Assembly: GCF_006345805.1 (NCBI RefSeq)
Contig: NC_043005.1
Span: 97,092,001 to 97,156,000, forward strand
DNA: 64,000 nucleotides
Direction of reading: 5' to 3'
Source: Octopus sinensis
Taxonomy: Eukaryota
This document shows, one piece after another, positions 52,072 through 64,000 of the stretch (its first letter is position 1; each line of letters opens with the position of its first letter). The notes below the pieces were generated by a model. The model did no database searches. It was not told where the DNA came from and saw only the letters and a list, made by a program, of their open reading frames with translations. The position numbers and the translations under genes were made by a program.

Positions 52072-53478
52072 CTCTCCCTCTGTATGTCTATATATATATA
52101 GTCAAATTCCTTAAACTCGTTTTTGATATCTATAAATTTATGTATGCATACTAGTGTGTATGTAAGTATATATGTAAGTATTACGTATATATATATGTAT
52201 ATGATATGTATATATGTATGTATGTATACATATATATTTATATGTTAAATTCTATATTATATATTTAATGTATTGTATATATGATTCAATATCAAGTAAC
52301 ATCAAACTGAATGCTAAGTGTTCTACCAGCTGACTTCGTGTTTGGGATATCTGAGAAGCAGGGCAGTGCCCGTAGCCTTACACATCATCCAAAACAACTG
52401 GGTAAATTTATATTAGTCAGTATAATTCAGATAACATTTGCATAAGTAAATTAATGAAATTGAAAATTGCCATGATGTTAAAATAGGCTTGTTCTTCCTG
52501 AATTAAGAACGATGATTAATTCACTGTTAAAACACAATGGGAATATTCTCAAGAATAAACCTAGAATGAAATCTTCCAAGAATAATCCTCGTAAGAGGAT
52601 ACTAAGATCGATAGAATGAATTCCACTTGATTAAATAAATACTGATTATTTAGATTACAAGGCGGCCATCTGGTTGAGTGGTAAGAGCATTCTGGTTCTC
52701 TGCACCTTGAGACCAAATGTCAATAAGGGTTAACTTTGCCTTTCATCTTTTCAGGGTCGATAAATAAAAGAGCAATCCTGTACTGGGATCGGTTTTTCTC
52801 ATTTTTCCTCTTCTTTCTTTCTGCCTTTCTAAATGACATTGGCTATTCTCAAACCTGGAGAAGGATAGGCATCGCAAGAATTAAAAACAAATGCCCTATG
52901 CTCGCCGGCGTCCCCATGACCCCATCATTAGATAAGAAACCAAGGCAAAGCAAAGAGACTATACACGAGAATGTGGCGCCCACTTATGGTCACAGTGCAA
53001 TATCTGTAGTAAAAGAAGATGGCAAGCCGGCAGAATCGTTGGCACGTCGAGCAAAATCCTTAGCAGCATTTCGTCGGTTTTTACGTCCTGAGTTCAAATT
53101 CCATCGAAACCGACTTTGCCCTTCTGCTCTTTCGAGGTCGATAAAATGACTATCAGTTGAGCACTGAGATCGATGTAATCGACTTAGCCCCTACCCCGAA
53201 ATTATTGGCCTTGTGCCAAATTTTGAAACCAATATTTGAAGTAGCAGAATAAAGGATTAAATACAGAGTGAGACGAAAATAAATAGCTAGAGAATATTAT
53301 TCAAAATAAATTCATGTCGAGGTAACACTCGCTACACATAGGCATCAGTTTTGAATCACACGACATAACATGTGTCAAGACAATTACAGTATACGAGCAA
53401 GCACGCAATCACAGAGTCTTAGTAGAATATATAGACTGGTTTGTAAGCTAATCCATCAATGCCATTCGGACATACGTA

Positions 53479-53688
53479 TTGTACATACATACATACATAA
53501 ATACATACAAACATACATACACACACATGCATACATACATACACACATACATACATACACACATACATACATACATACATACATACATACATACATGCAT
53601 GCATGCATACATACATACATACATACATACATACATACACACATACATACATACATACATACACACACACATACATACACACATACAT

Positions 53689-53719
<31 letters not shown>

Positions 53720-54118
53720 TACATACATACACACACACACATACATACACCATACACACATACATACATACAACATACATACATACATACATACACACAC
53801 ATACATACATACTACACACACTACATACATACCACAACACACACACTACATAGACACACATACCCACATACATACATACATACACACACATCAATACATA
53901 CATACACACACACACACACATACATACACATACATACACACACACATACATACATGCCACTACACCAATACATACATACATACATACTACATCATACATA
54001 CATACATACATACACACACACATACATACATACATACATACATACATACATACATACATACATACATACACATACATACATACATACATACATACATACA
54101 CATACACCATACACACAT

Positions 54119-54157
<39 letters not shown>

Positions 54158-54752
54158 CATACACACTACATACATACATACATACATACATACTACATAC
54201 ATACATACATACATACATACATACATACATACATACATACATACATACATACATACATACTCATACATACATACATACATACATACATACATACATCATA
54301 CATACATACATACATACATACATACATACATACATACATACATACATACATACATACATACATACATACATACATACAACATACTACATACATACATACA
54401 TACATACATACATACATACATACATACATACATACATACATACATACATACATACATACATACATACATACATACATACATACATACATACATACATCCA
54501 TACATACATACATACATACATACATACATACATACATACATACATACATAATACATACATACATACATACATACATACATACATACATACATACATACAT
54601 ACATCATACATACAACATACATACATACATACATACATACATACATACATACATACATACATACATACATACATACATACATACATACATACATACATAC
54701 ATACATACATACATACATACATACATACATACATACATACATACATACATAC
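53479..54752. repeat. ~1.27-kb imperfect (CATA)n/(CA)n array
   Basis: Direct runs; source of the 393-aa and 396-aa 'HTYI' ORFs. Confidence 0.97.
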
Positions 54753-56098
54753 ATGACAGTTGCAACTTGATTTTGTGCAATATCACCGCCTGATGGTTCT
54801 CCCAAAATAGCCAACACAATTGTGATTATGGGACCCGTACTCTCTTGCACAGATTTGACAACGACGGACACCTCTCATAGCGGATGTTCAGAGAGCTTAC
54901 CACTCATGTTGATACATGACTTCATTCCGTCATGGACTGCTTTATCTTTTTCAGAGACGGCTAGTCATAGCATGCAACGCATAGATGATCGAGAACGATG
55001 AATATTATTTGCATGTGTACCTCAGACCAGCGATTTCAATTCGTTTGGAAGTGACTCGAATAAACGATGCCGATGAGCTACAAAACAGATAAATATCGAT
55101 ATTCATCGTTCTCGATCCTCTACGAGACGAGTTGTCCTGCCTGCATTGAAGTATTAATGTGTAACACTCGGTGCTTTTGCCCATTCTGACGCTATCCCAC
55201 AGCTAATATTATCATAGTCATTTCTACTAAAGGCATAAGACCATAAATTTGTGGGGAGGGGACTAGTCGATTATATCGACCCCAGTGTTTCACTGGTACT
55301 TAATTCATGGACCCCAAACGGATGAAAGGCAAAATCGACCTCGGTGAATATAATAATAAGCTTAAAGCTTATAAGATATCACTGTGTATTGGCTAAGGAA
55401 ATTATTCTAATATTGCCCTCGACGGAAAAAAGTGGGCGTCAATACGCATCAGGTTCGAACCCAAACCTCTTTGGTTCGCGATAAGTGTATTAGCCACAAC
55501 AACAACATACCCACTCACTTCTTTTCATTAGATTTAAGAGCTATGATTTCTTAGTGTTGTTTTTTTTTGTTTTTTTTTTTGTTTTTCATAAACAAACAAA
55601 CGAGCGTTTCTGCGTTGAATGGAGAAGCGGTGACGAGTGATAATTCTGTAAATGATAATAATTATAAGCTTAAAGATAATAAGCGATCACCGTGTCATGT
55701 CTAAAGAAAATAGTCTATTAGAGTGTATAAGCCCAGGACGGAACAAACTCGATTCAAACGCATGGGGTTCGAACCTACACCTGTATCTACGAATCGGAGA
55801 TCTGGTCCGATACTTGCAACAAAGTGCACTCTACACTCAAAGGGATTTTCGTGGTTGGTGGGATTGAGTGAGTTGTAAACTGTGAAACAGATTAAATCTT
55901 TCACTCAACAACAAGAATGGTTCCTCCGAGTTCTGCCAACTAAATTTAAATCACAAGGCCTTTTGCCAACTCGAGACAATACTCCCAGACTCATACTCAA
56001 AGTATTACACAGTAGGGTTGAACTTGAAACCATTTAGTTCCTAAGCAACCTTTCTAATCAGACAACTATGCATCAGATGAAGGCCATTCGTAAGTGTT

Positions 56099-56135
<37 letters not shown>

Positions 56136-56533
56136 GAGAGAGATGGAAATTTTTCTAAGAGTATCTTGTATGAAATCTTATATGAAGTCAAAATTCACTT
56201 TCTATTTGTGCTGCTCCTAAGGCAAGGTCTTTACCGTATATTCTCTTTGCGCTTAATACTCATTGTGTATGATCATTCATTTAATATATCTTAAAAACCC
56301 AAGTCCATTTATTTACACAGTCAGACAATACCGTCTCGTATGTCCGAAGCCTTTAACATACATTGTTTCAGAGCAAAATAAATATATTGGATTAAACATG
56401 GATTGTTAAAAGAGAACTAAGAAGTATGAAAATATTGGTGGGTGAGAGAGAATGAAATTGCTGAGTTGAATAGTGGCGAAATATTTGAATCTTAGATTCA
56501 TAAGAAATGAATCTGTGAGAGAGAGAGAGAGGT

Positions 56534-56573
<40 letters not shown>

Positions 56574-56629
56574 AGAGGGTTAGGAGTGGTAGGTTGTGAA
56601 GTTTATACTTTCAGAAATATTTACTCTTT

Positions 56630-56847
56630 ATACTTTTTACACTTTTACTTGTTTCAGTCATGTGACTGTGGCCATGGTGGAGCACCGCCTTTAGTCGAGC
56701 AAATCGACCCCAGGACTTATTCTTTGTGAGCCCAGTACTTATTCTATCGGCCCCTTTTGCCGCCAGCATCGGTTATCAAGTGATGTTGGGGGGACAAACA
56801 CAGACACACAATCATACACGCACACATACATACATACATTATATATA

Positions 56848-56901
<54 letters not shown>

Positions 56902-57078
56902 CATACATATATACGACGGGCTTCTTTCAGTTTCCGGCTACCAAATCCACTCACAAGGATTTGGTCGGCCCGAGACTATAGTAGAAGACACTTGCCCAAG
57001 GTACCATGCAGTGGGACTGAACCCGAAACCATATGGTTCATAAGCAAACTACTTACCACACAGCCACCCCTACGCCTT
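56630..57078 (-). mobile_element. tRNA-derived SINE family A, full length, with internal (TA)n
   Basis: rc head aggcgtaggggtggctgtgtggtaagtagtttgc...ggtttcgggttcagtcccactgc; core gggcaagtgtcttctactatagtctcgggccgacc...ggtagccggaaactgaaagaagcccg; 3' ...gactgaaacaagtaaaag. Confidence 0.9.
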
Positions 57079-57503
57079 TTGAAACAAAATGACTTAAAGC
57101 GGGAATCGAAACCAGCTTTCTGAATTCACTTCACCGAAAAATAAAATCGAAGAAGGTTTTAATAAGACGAAATGGGAAGAGAGTAGAGAAGGTGCTTCTG
57201 CTCTTTTGCTTTTATACATGTTTCAGACTTTAAACTTCAGGCGTGATAGGGCACGGTTTTGATGTGTCTAGACGAACAAATCTAGCCCTTTTCTTATTCT
57301 GTCAGTTTCTTTTTCACCAACTGCTATGTTACAGGGAGATCTAGAAGCCAACATCGGATGTCAAGTTGTCTATATGCAATTCTTATTATGGAAAGATAAT
57401 AGTAACTGAAAATTGTAGTAATATCTCATTTCCTAACCAAATGGGCATATAACATGGCAGCCTAAACTCAGGATCTTTAGCGAGATACAACTTTATGTAT
57501 GGA

Positions 57504-57609
57504 TGTACCTGATGAGACCCAGACTGCGTAATGGATGCAACACAAGATGTTGAAAGGAGTCCCGCCCATAAGGGACAGTAGCAAGATGGGTCGAAACGAC
57601 TGTTGTACA
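57504..57609 (+). ncRNA. Putative type I hammerhead ribozyme with an enlarged loop 2
   Basis: Stem I TGTAC (57504-08)/GTACA (57605-09); core CTGATGA (57509-15); stem II GACCCA (57516-21)/TGGGTC (57587-92); GAAA (57593-96); minimal stem III AC-gact-GT; cleavage triplet GUU (57602-04). Confidence 0.7.
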
Positions 57610-57678
57610 AAATACAGATTAATACAAAATCGATCTTCTGGTTACTTAATAAATTATCGTTTTATATATATATATAAA

Positions 57679-58510
57679 CGAGGTGGTATCAAAAAGTTCC
57701 AGGAGTAGTTATGTTTTAACATCATCTCCTTCGAAATAGTCACCTTGCGCAGCAATACACCGGTTCCAGCATTCCTGCCACTTTTTGAATCCGGCCTGGA
57801 AGTAATTTTCTGTAAACGAGTCGAGGACCTTCGGCAATTTGCTCTTGATCTCGACAACAGTGTAAAATGGCAAACTTTTGAGTTGCATTTTCATCTTGGG
57901 GAAGAGATGGAAGTCCACAAATGCTAATAGGGTGGGTGCGGAAGCGATACTATGTTGTTTTGGCAAGGAACTCACGAGTGAGAAGATCTCGGTGGAGAAT
58001 CGAATTCTTTGCGTTCCATCGATCCGGTCGCTTTCGCTGAATGTTCTCCCTCAAATGCTTCGAAACGTCGCAGTAGAACACTTGATTGGTGGTCTGGACC
58101 TGGCGAATGAATTCTCGATGCACAACACCACATGTTCCGGGTGTGACGCTCGTGTTTGGTCTTCCAGATCGCTTACCGTCTTCCATGGACGTTCTTCCGC
58201 TTTTGAAGCGCCCGTGCCACTCGAAACGTTGTGTACGACTCATTGCCTTAATGTCGCTATATTAGACGTCTCAAGTTTAACTCAAAATTTCACGTTGGCT
58301 CTTTGTTCCAGTCCATGACAAAATCCCAGACTATAGCATACACGTGATCATAAACGCACAAATTTCACAACTTGTGAAGCAAACACAGCAATGTCAATCG
58401 GCACACTACCTCACGAAAGTCCCTGCTCGCTCTCATTGCAAACGCAACCTTGTGTTGCCAACTGTTGGCACGCTACAGAATTAGTCCAGGGATTTTTTGA
58501 TACCAACTTG
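57679..58510 (-). mobile_element. Internally deleted mariner element with both TIRs
   Basis: TIRs cgaggtggtatcaaaaagttcc / ggattttttgataccaacttg; N-terminus MSRTQ.FEWHGRFKSGRTSMEDGKRSGRP; C-terminus DFHLFPKMK...KKWQECWNRCIAAQGDYFEGD. Confidence 0.9.
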
Positions 58511-58518
58511 TATCTATA

Positions 58519-59488
58519 TTGGATCTTCCCATAAATAATGCGGTTTTTTCAATTCAAAGAACTAAAAGTTGGAGGGGGCGAGATAAACTACTCGCATTAA
58601 CTTTTACCTTTTTCTTATTAATTTTACCTTGTTCTTATGTCTAGTGCAAGTTTTGAAGAGTGCAGTTCGATTTTTAATGCTATAATGGAAATAACAAAAG
58701 AGCATATTCGCCATATTTTGCTTTATGAGCTTAAAAAAAAATGCAACAACGCAACACGAGGAATATTAATACAGTATATGGGGTTCGGACAAACAGCGTA
58801 AGCCAGTATCGACGGTGGTTCCAGAAATTTCGAGCCGGAAACTACAGCCTAGAAGACAAGCCTCATCCAGGAAGAGATGTAGAGCTCAGGACGTGCTGCA
58901 AATTCTGGTGGAACGCTGGGAAGGGAAAGGAGAAACACTGGCACCCCATGCGCTAAAGAAGGTCTTCACCCACGTAAGGTGTTTGGTGGGATATGAACAG
59001 TTTGGTCCACTTTGAATTTTTAAACCCAAACAAACGATAACAAAGGAGATGCGAGAAGCCTGAGCGGCTTAAGTCAGCACTAGAAGAAAGACGACCATCT
59101 TTGGTTTCAAGATGGAAGATGTTTTTCTATCAGAATAATCCTAGGCCACATATAACGAGGATGACATTCCAAAGGCTGGAGCAGTTTAAATGGGGAACGA
59201 TGCTCCACCCACCATATTCGCATGTTATTGTCCCTTCTGATTATCATTTATTCCGCAGTCTTCAAACTCATTTCGACAGAAAAAAATGGTTTCTGTAGAC
59301 GATGTCAGAACTGTACTGGAGGAATATTTTCGTCAAGGACAAGTAAATTTTGGAAGAGGGGCCTTGTAACTCTAGCAGATAGATGGAAGAGCATTATAGA
59401 AAATGGAGAGAGTATATTGTAAATTAAAAAAGAACTTTGTTTATCTTAATTTTGAAAAATAAATGATAAAAAAACGCATTATTTATGC
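58519..59488 (+). mobile_element. Decayed, internally deleted mariner element of a second subfamily
   Basis: TIR cores cataaataatgcggttttt / aaaaaacgcattatttatg; MEITKEHIRHILLYE, RWFQKFRAGNYSLEDKPHPGR, QNNPRPH, HPPYS..IVPSDYHLFRSLQ, RGLVTLADRWKSIIENG. Confidence 0.88.
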
Positions 59489-59489
59489 A

Positions 59490-59776
59490 TATATATGTAT
59501 GTATGTATGCATGTATGTATGTATGTATGTATGTATGTATGTATGTATGTATGTATGTGTGTATGCTGTATGTATGTATGATGTATGTATGTAGTATTAT
59601 GTATGTATGTATGTATGTATGTATGTATGTATGTTTGTATGTGTGTATGCATGTATGTATGTATGCATGTAGTATGCATGCATGTATGCATGCATGCATG
59701 TATGTATGTATGTATGTATGTCTGTATGTATGTATGAAAAGAAGCCCGTCGTATGTATATATATATGTAGTATGTA

Positions 59777-59830
<54 letters not shown>
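59490..59830. repeat. (TATG)n/(TA)n microsatellite block
   Basis: Direct runs. Confidence 0.95.
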
Positions 59831-60060
59831 TGTGTGTGGTGCTTTGTATCTGTATTTGTCTTTTCACCCACCGCTCGCTTAATAACGGTGTTGGTGCGTT
59901 TGCGTCCCCATGTCCTAGCGATTCGGCAAAAGAGACTGATAGAATAAGTACCAGGCTTAAAAAAAGATGAGTACTGGGGTCGATTCATTTGACTAAAAGT
60001 TTAAGACAGTGCTCCATCATGACCGCAGTTTGATGACTGAAACAAGTAAAAGATAAAAGA
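59737..60060 (+). mobile_element. SINE family A, 3' half
   Basis: aaagaagcccgtcgt...gattcggcaaaagagactgatagaataagtaccagg...gatgactgaaacaagtaaaagataaaag. Confidence 0.8.
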
Positions 60061-60970
60061 TATATATACATACAGACGACGGGCTTGTAGACGCCTTCCA
60101 TCTACCAAATACACTCATAAAGGATCGGTCAGCTAGCTGCTATGGTAGAAGATACTTACCGCTGAGAGGAACGGGATTCGATTGTGAAGTGAATTCCCGC
60201 CGAGCCATGCTTGCTGTTTTGAAATATTCTTGTAACATGAATAGAAATAAATCGAAACCCAGATCTTCCTTGAACCAGAATAAAAATGGCGACCAGTATT
60301 TGAGAAGACCCGCAAATTTGAATAGTACCAAATTTGAGTGGTACGTCGACTTATATAACGGGAAAATATGGTAGCTTTGGAGCTAATATATTAGTGGTAT
60401 TTATTGTAAACAACCGTGAAACAAGGAAAGGTAGTATTCAATTCAGCGAGTTTTGAGTAATGTCTTAATGGAACTTGGAACAACGACTTGATATAGTTTT
60501 TGTTAATCCACTACCCGAAAGGACGGTATATAGCATTTTCTGGCAGACATACAACCAGATATTTTGAAGAACTAATACAGCAAATTAGTGACGGTGATTG
60601 GCCTAGTGGTTAGGATGTCGCATTAACGATCACCGAATCGTGAGTTCGTTTCCCAGACCAGCCTGCGTAATGTGTGTTTGAGCAAAACACTTGTTTTCAC
60701 TTTCGCCTGTGGGTGAGAGAGGGGCAAAATTGTTGGCGCATCAGCAGAAATACTTTACGGTATACCTTCCAGCTCTTAACGTTCCGAGTTCAAATCCCAC
60801 CTGCCTGAAGAAGGCAAAGTATTCGTTCCTAGTCTAGTCAATGTAGCCTAAGTTCCATCAGTGTTTCCTCTCAGAAAGATGGAAGCCAAAATATGTCATC
60901 ACTGATCCTTTAGCCCGTCACAATACGCTTAGCACTGTAACAGTAATGGTAACAATATTAACACTTTAAT

Positions 60971-61005
<35 letters not shown>

Positions 61006-61460
61006 TGTGGTGCTGGTGGTGGTGGTGGTGGTGGTGGTGTTGGTGGCGGCAGCGGCGGTGGTGGTGGCGGCAGCAGCAGCAGTAGTATCACCGCCCCTAT
61101 CTGGACACACGCTGATAACATTAGTTTCCTTGATCACATGCTAATTCCATTACAATATGATATCTATTTTTATGCAAGTGTAAGTATATGTAAATATGTT
61201 TATCTCCGAAATGCATACATACATAGATACATACACACATACATGCATATATATATATATATATATATAATATATATATGTGTGTGTGTGTGTGTACGTA
61301 TGTATGAATGTATGTATGTATGTATGTATATATATATATATATATATATTATGTATATGTATGTATGTATATGTATATATATATATATATGTATATGTAT
61401 GTATGTATATGTATATATATATTATATGTCTATGTATGTAGATGTATATGTATATATATT

Positions 61461-61503
<43 letters not shown>

Positions 61504-61504
<1 letters not shown>

Positions 61505-61698
61505 GTAATCCAAACATGAAAACACAAAGAGAAGACACAACAACGCGAGACGCGGAACAAGTATAGTGTTATTGGACGCTCAGGAAAGAAGGAAAGAAGG
61601 AGGATTTAACGTTTCGAGCGGAGCTCTTCGTCCGAAACATAGGAAAAGGAAAGGAAGGCGGAGGATAAAAAAATCGCCAACGATACACACGCGGTCAC
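61504..61698 (-). mobile_element. Family D-related pLTR-like repeat with a hammerhead-like motif (61604-61639)
   Basis: rc gttt-CGGACGA-a-GAGC-tcc-GCTC-GAAA-CGTT-aaat. Confidence 0.55.
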
Positions 61699-61750
61699 AT
61701 ATTGAATGTATATTTATATATATATATATATAATATATTATATATATATA

Positions 61751-62235
61751 TAGGGTGCGGTGAATAAATTATCGTCTAAATTATGCGAAAATGAAAATAA
61801 CACTGACAACTTATTTTAACAGATATATATATACATAAAAATAGCTTGAAATACTAAAGAGTAAATTTATTCAATAAAATCGCCAGTGGCTTCAACCACG
61901 GCCTCCTGCAACTCTTCTGGACGGTCTCCTTGTTTAAGTTGGTGAATGCTGCCATAATCCTTGTCTCCAGTTCATCTTTGGTAGTACATGGAGTTTTGTT
62001 GGTCTCTCGCTCAACTGCGCCCCACACATAATAATCAAGGGGGTTGCAGTCTGTGGGGTTAGGTGGTCAAACGTTAAGGGTGATGTGTAGTATGGTACAG
62101 AGTCCTGTTGCCAGACATAAGGTCTTCCAGAAGCCACCCTTCTCGCCTAGGACAGTACTAACTCCTCCAGGTATTTGGTGTAGCCCTCCGTGTTGAGTCT
62201 GAAGCTGTGTGAGAAGAAATGATTTTTATCACTCT
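61751..62235 (-). mobile_element. maT/DD37D-type (Tc1/mariner superfamily) transposon, 3' part with TIR
   Basis: RLNTEGY.KYLE...VASGRPYVWQQDSVPYY...PDCNPLDYYVWGAVERETNKTP...VEATGDFIE*; terminal tagggtgcggtgaataaatt next to (TA)n. Confidence 0.8.
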
Positions 62236-62979
62236 CGTGTGTGTGTGTGTGTGGTGTGTGTGTGTGTGTCTATTTGTATGAATTCATGTCAATACATTTT
62301 CTTTCGTTTACATTCCGCTTGGTTCTTCACCTCTGATCCTGAAATTTCCATTAAGAATTGATATCCGAAACGTAAATGTTTTTTCGTTTCTCTTTCTATT
62401 CACCATCAACATAATAAAGCTCTTTACATTTTCTTTTCTTGTTCTCATGCAGTTAATTATTTCACATTCGATAACCATCCACACTCTCATGAATGAATGA
62501 TTAGTGTAGCAACCACGAATTCAAGCGCTCGTGCTCTACTACCTTCTTGGACGAGCACCGAATCTGTTCGGAATATTTCCCATGAATACATAATTAAGTT
62601 TATAAATATGAGAACTTCCACGAATTCCGCCTCTTGGTTGATCTCAGCTCTACTTGCCATGAAGGTGCAAGTACAATTTATGAGTTAAAGGTGATAGGCA
62701 CACTATTTTGTTTTGTTATTTACATTGACCATTCTTGATTCATAGAATACTCGAGATAATGAGAGTACAATTAGTTTTTGTTCAATAAATCTGTTCTGGT
62801 GACTTTCTAGCAACATAACCATCTTATACTCTTCAATAAAGATAAGGTTTATAAATACATATATAAATATGGATGTGTAAGTGTAACTATATATAGGTTT
62901 ATGTGAGTGGATCCATATGCATGCATATACATATTCATATATATATATATATATAGGTGCCTTATACCATTTATCTACT

Positions 62980-63010
<31 letters not shown>

Positions 63011-63028
63011 TATATATATATACATACA

Positions 63029-63059
<31 letters not shown>

Positions 63060-63081
63060 CACACACACACACATATATATA

Positions 63082-63124
<43 letters not shown>

Positions 63125-63688
63125 GTTTGTATATATATTGATTTACTTATTTGCGCGTGTGTGTGCATGCATATATATCACACTCTTTGAATATATAACT
63201 TCAGATACACTCAGACACATTCAGCTACACGAGCACATACAAATAGTACGAACTGGTTTCCAAATGCAGATACAGGAATCGCTATCTTAACCATTAAACT
63301 ATATAATACGCCCGTCATAACCATCACAGCTCAGAACATTCAGAAGTGACAGATATCAAAGACTTACTACACATGTATGCAGCTAACAAATGAAATTAAT
63401 TTTAGCTTATGCAGACGAGAGACGAGAAGAAAGCGAAAAGCGATCAAAAAGGCGAGGTGAATGCCTTCGTAACTACAGTTATAAATGAGTGACGACTTCT
63501 TTATGCCAATATCTGAGACTGCCATATGCATTGATGTTATAGCAACAGATCTTAACTCATAGAAGAAAATGATATGCCACTTATGCTAGAATCAGAACCG
63601 CTTATAATAGCAGCAAGACCAACAGCAGCAATGCCAGTAGCAAAACTAGCAGCAGTCACAATAATAAGAAGGATCAGAGACTTTTAAC

Positions 63689-64000
63689 ACGCCGGGCGAA
63701 ATATTTAGCGGTATTTCGTCTGCCGCCACGTTCTGAGTTCAAATTCCGCCGAGGTCGACTTTGTCTTTCGTCCTTTCGGGGTCGATTAAATAAGTACCAG
63801 TTACGTACTGAGGTCGATATAATCGACTTAATCCGTTTGTCCCTTCTGTGTGTAGCCCTTTGTGGGCAGTAAAGAAACTGGTATTTCGTCTACCGTTATG
63901 TTCTGAGTTCTAATTCCGCCGAGGTCGACTTTGTCTTTCGTCCTTTCGGGGTCGATTAAATAAGTACCAGTTACGTACTGAGGTCGATATAATCGACTTA
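63689..64000 (+). mobile_element. SINE family B with an internal tandem duplication of its body, running off the window
   Basis: gttctgagttc.aattccgccgaggtcgactttgtctttcgtcctttcggggtcgattaaataagtaccagttacgtactgaggtcgatataatcgactta occurs at about 63730-63830 and 63900-64000. Confidence 0.9.

Noticed and set aside
53370-54871. Long ORFs of 268-396 aa (HTYI/MYVC repeats), and similar poly-YI, poly-I and poly-L ORFs throughout the window
   Set aside because: Translations of stop-free microsatellites; no domain content or splice context.
55440-57130. tRNA-like B-box sequences (about 55450-55500, 55760-55790, 57095-57120) and all SINE heads
   Set aside because: No complete cloverleaf or acceptor stem; these are SINE or tRNA-derived relics, not tRNA genes.
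60220-60600. Possible Penelope/GIY-YIG remnant, and a possible L1-type C-terminal remnant at 62300-62700
   Set aside because: No motif strong enough to identify by eye.

Overview
AT-rich, microsatellite-saturated eukaryotic DNA. The SINE and transposon repertoire suggests an octopus (coleoid cephalopod) genome; this is an inference. I found no intact host protein-coding exon, rRNA, true tRNA or CRISPR array, so the window is probably intergenic or deep intronic. Nearly all listed ORFs are artefacts of (TA)n, (CA)n, (CATA)n and (AAT)n repeats. What the sequence does support is a layered transposon graveyard: (i) three tRNA-derived SINE families, called A, B and C here; (ii) a 5'-truncated but otherwise near-complete, disrupted CR1-group LINE (27.6-31.0 kb); (iii) several R4/Dong-type LINE fragments (RT plus restriction-like endonuclease) next to (AAT)n tracts; (iv) a Penelope RT/GIY-YIG remnant (37.9-39.0 kb); (v) hAT-Charlie, MULE, Tc1, maT/DD37D and two mariner remnants, plus a mariner MITE; (vi) Helitron/Helentron-like non-autonomous elements. 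The most interesting signal is a set of non-coding, apparently Penelope-dependent elements with direct or fold-back termini, several carrying hammerhead-ribozyme cores. One is a complete type I hammerhead with a 65-nt loop 2 (57504-57609). One family has a recurrent CUGUNGA core variant. There are also several fold-back inverted duplications (largest 20174-21666), a 948-bp tandem duplication, a pre-miRNA-like hairpin (8781-8849) and one 100-N gap. Repeat boundaries are read by eye and are approximate unless stated otherwise.
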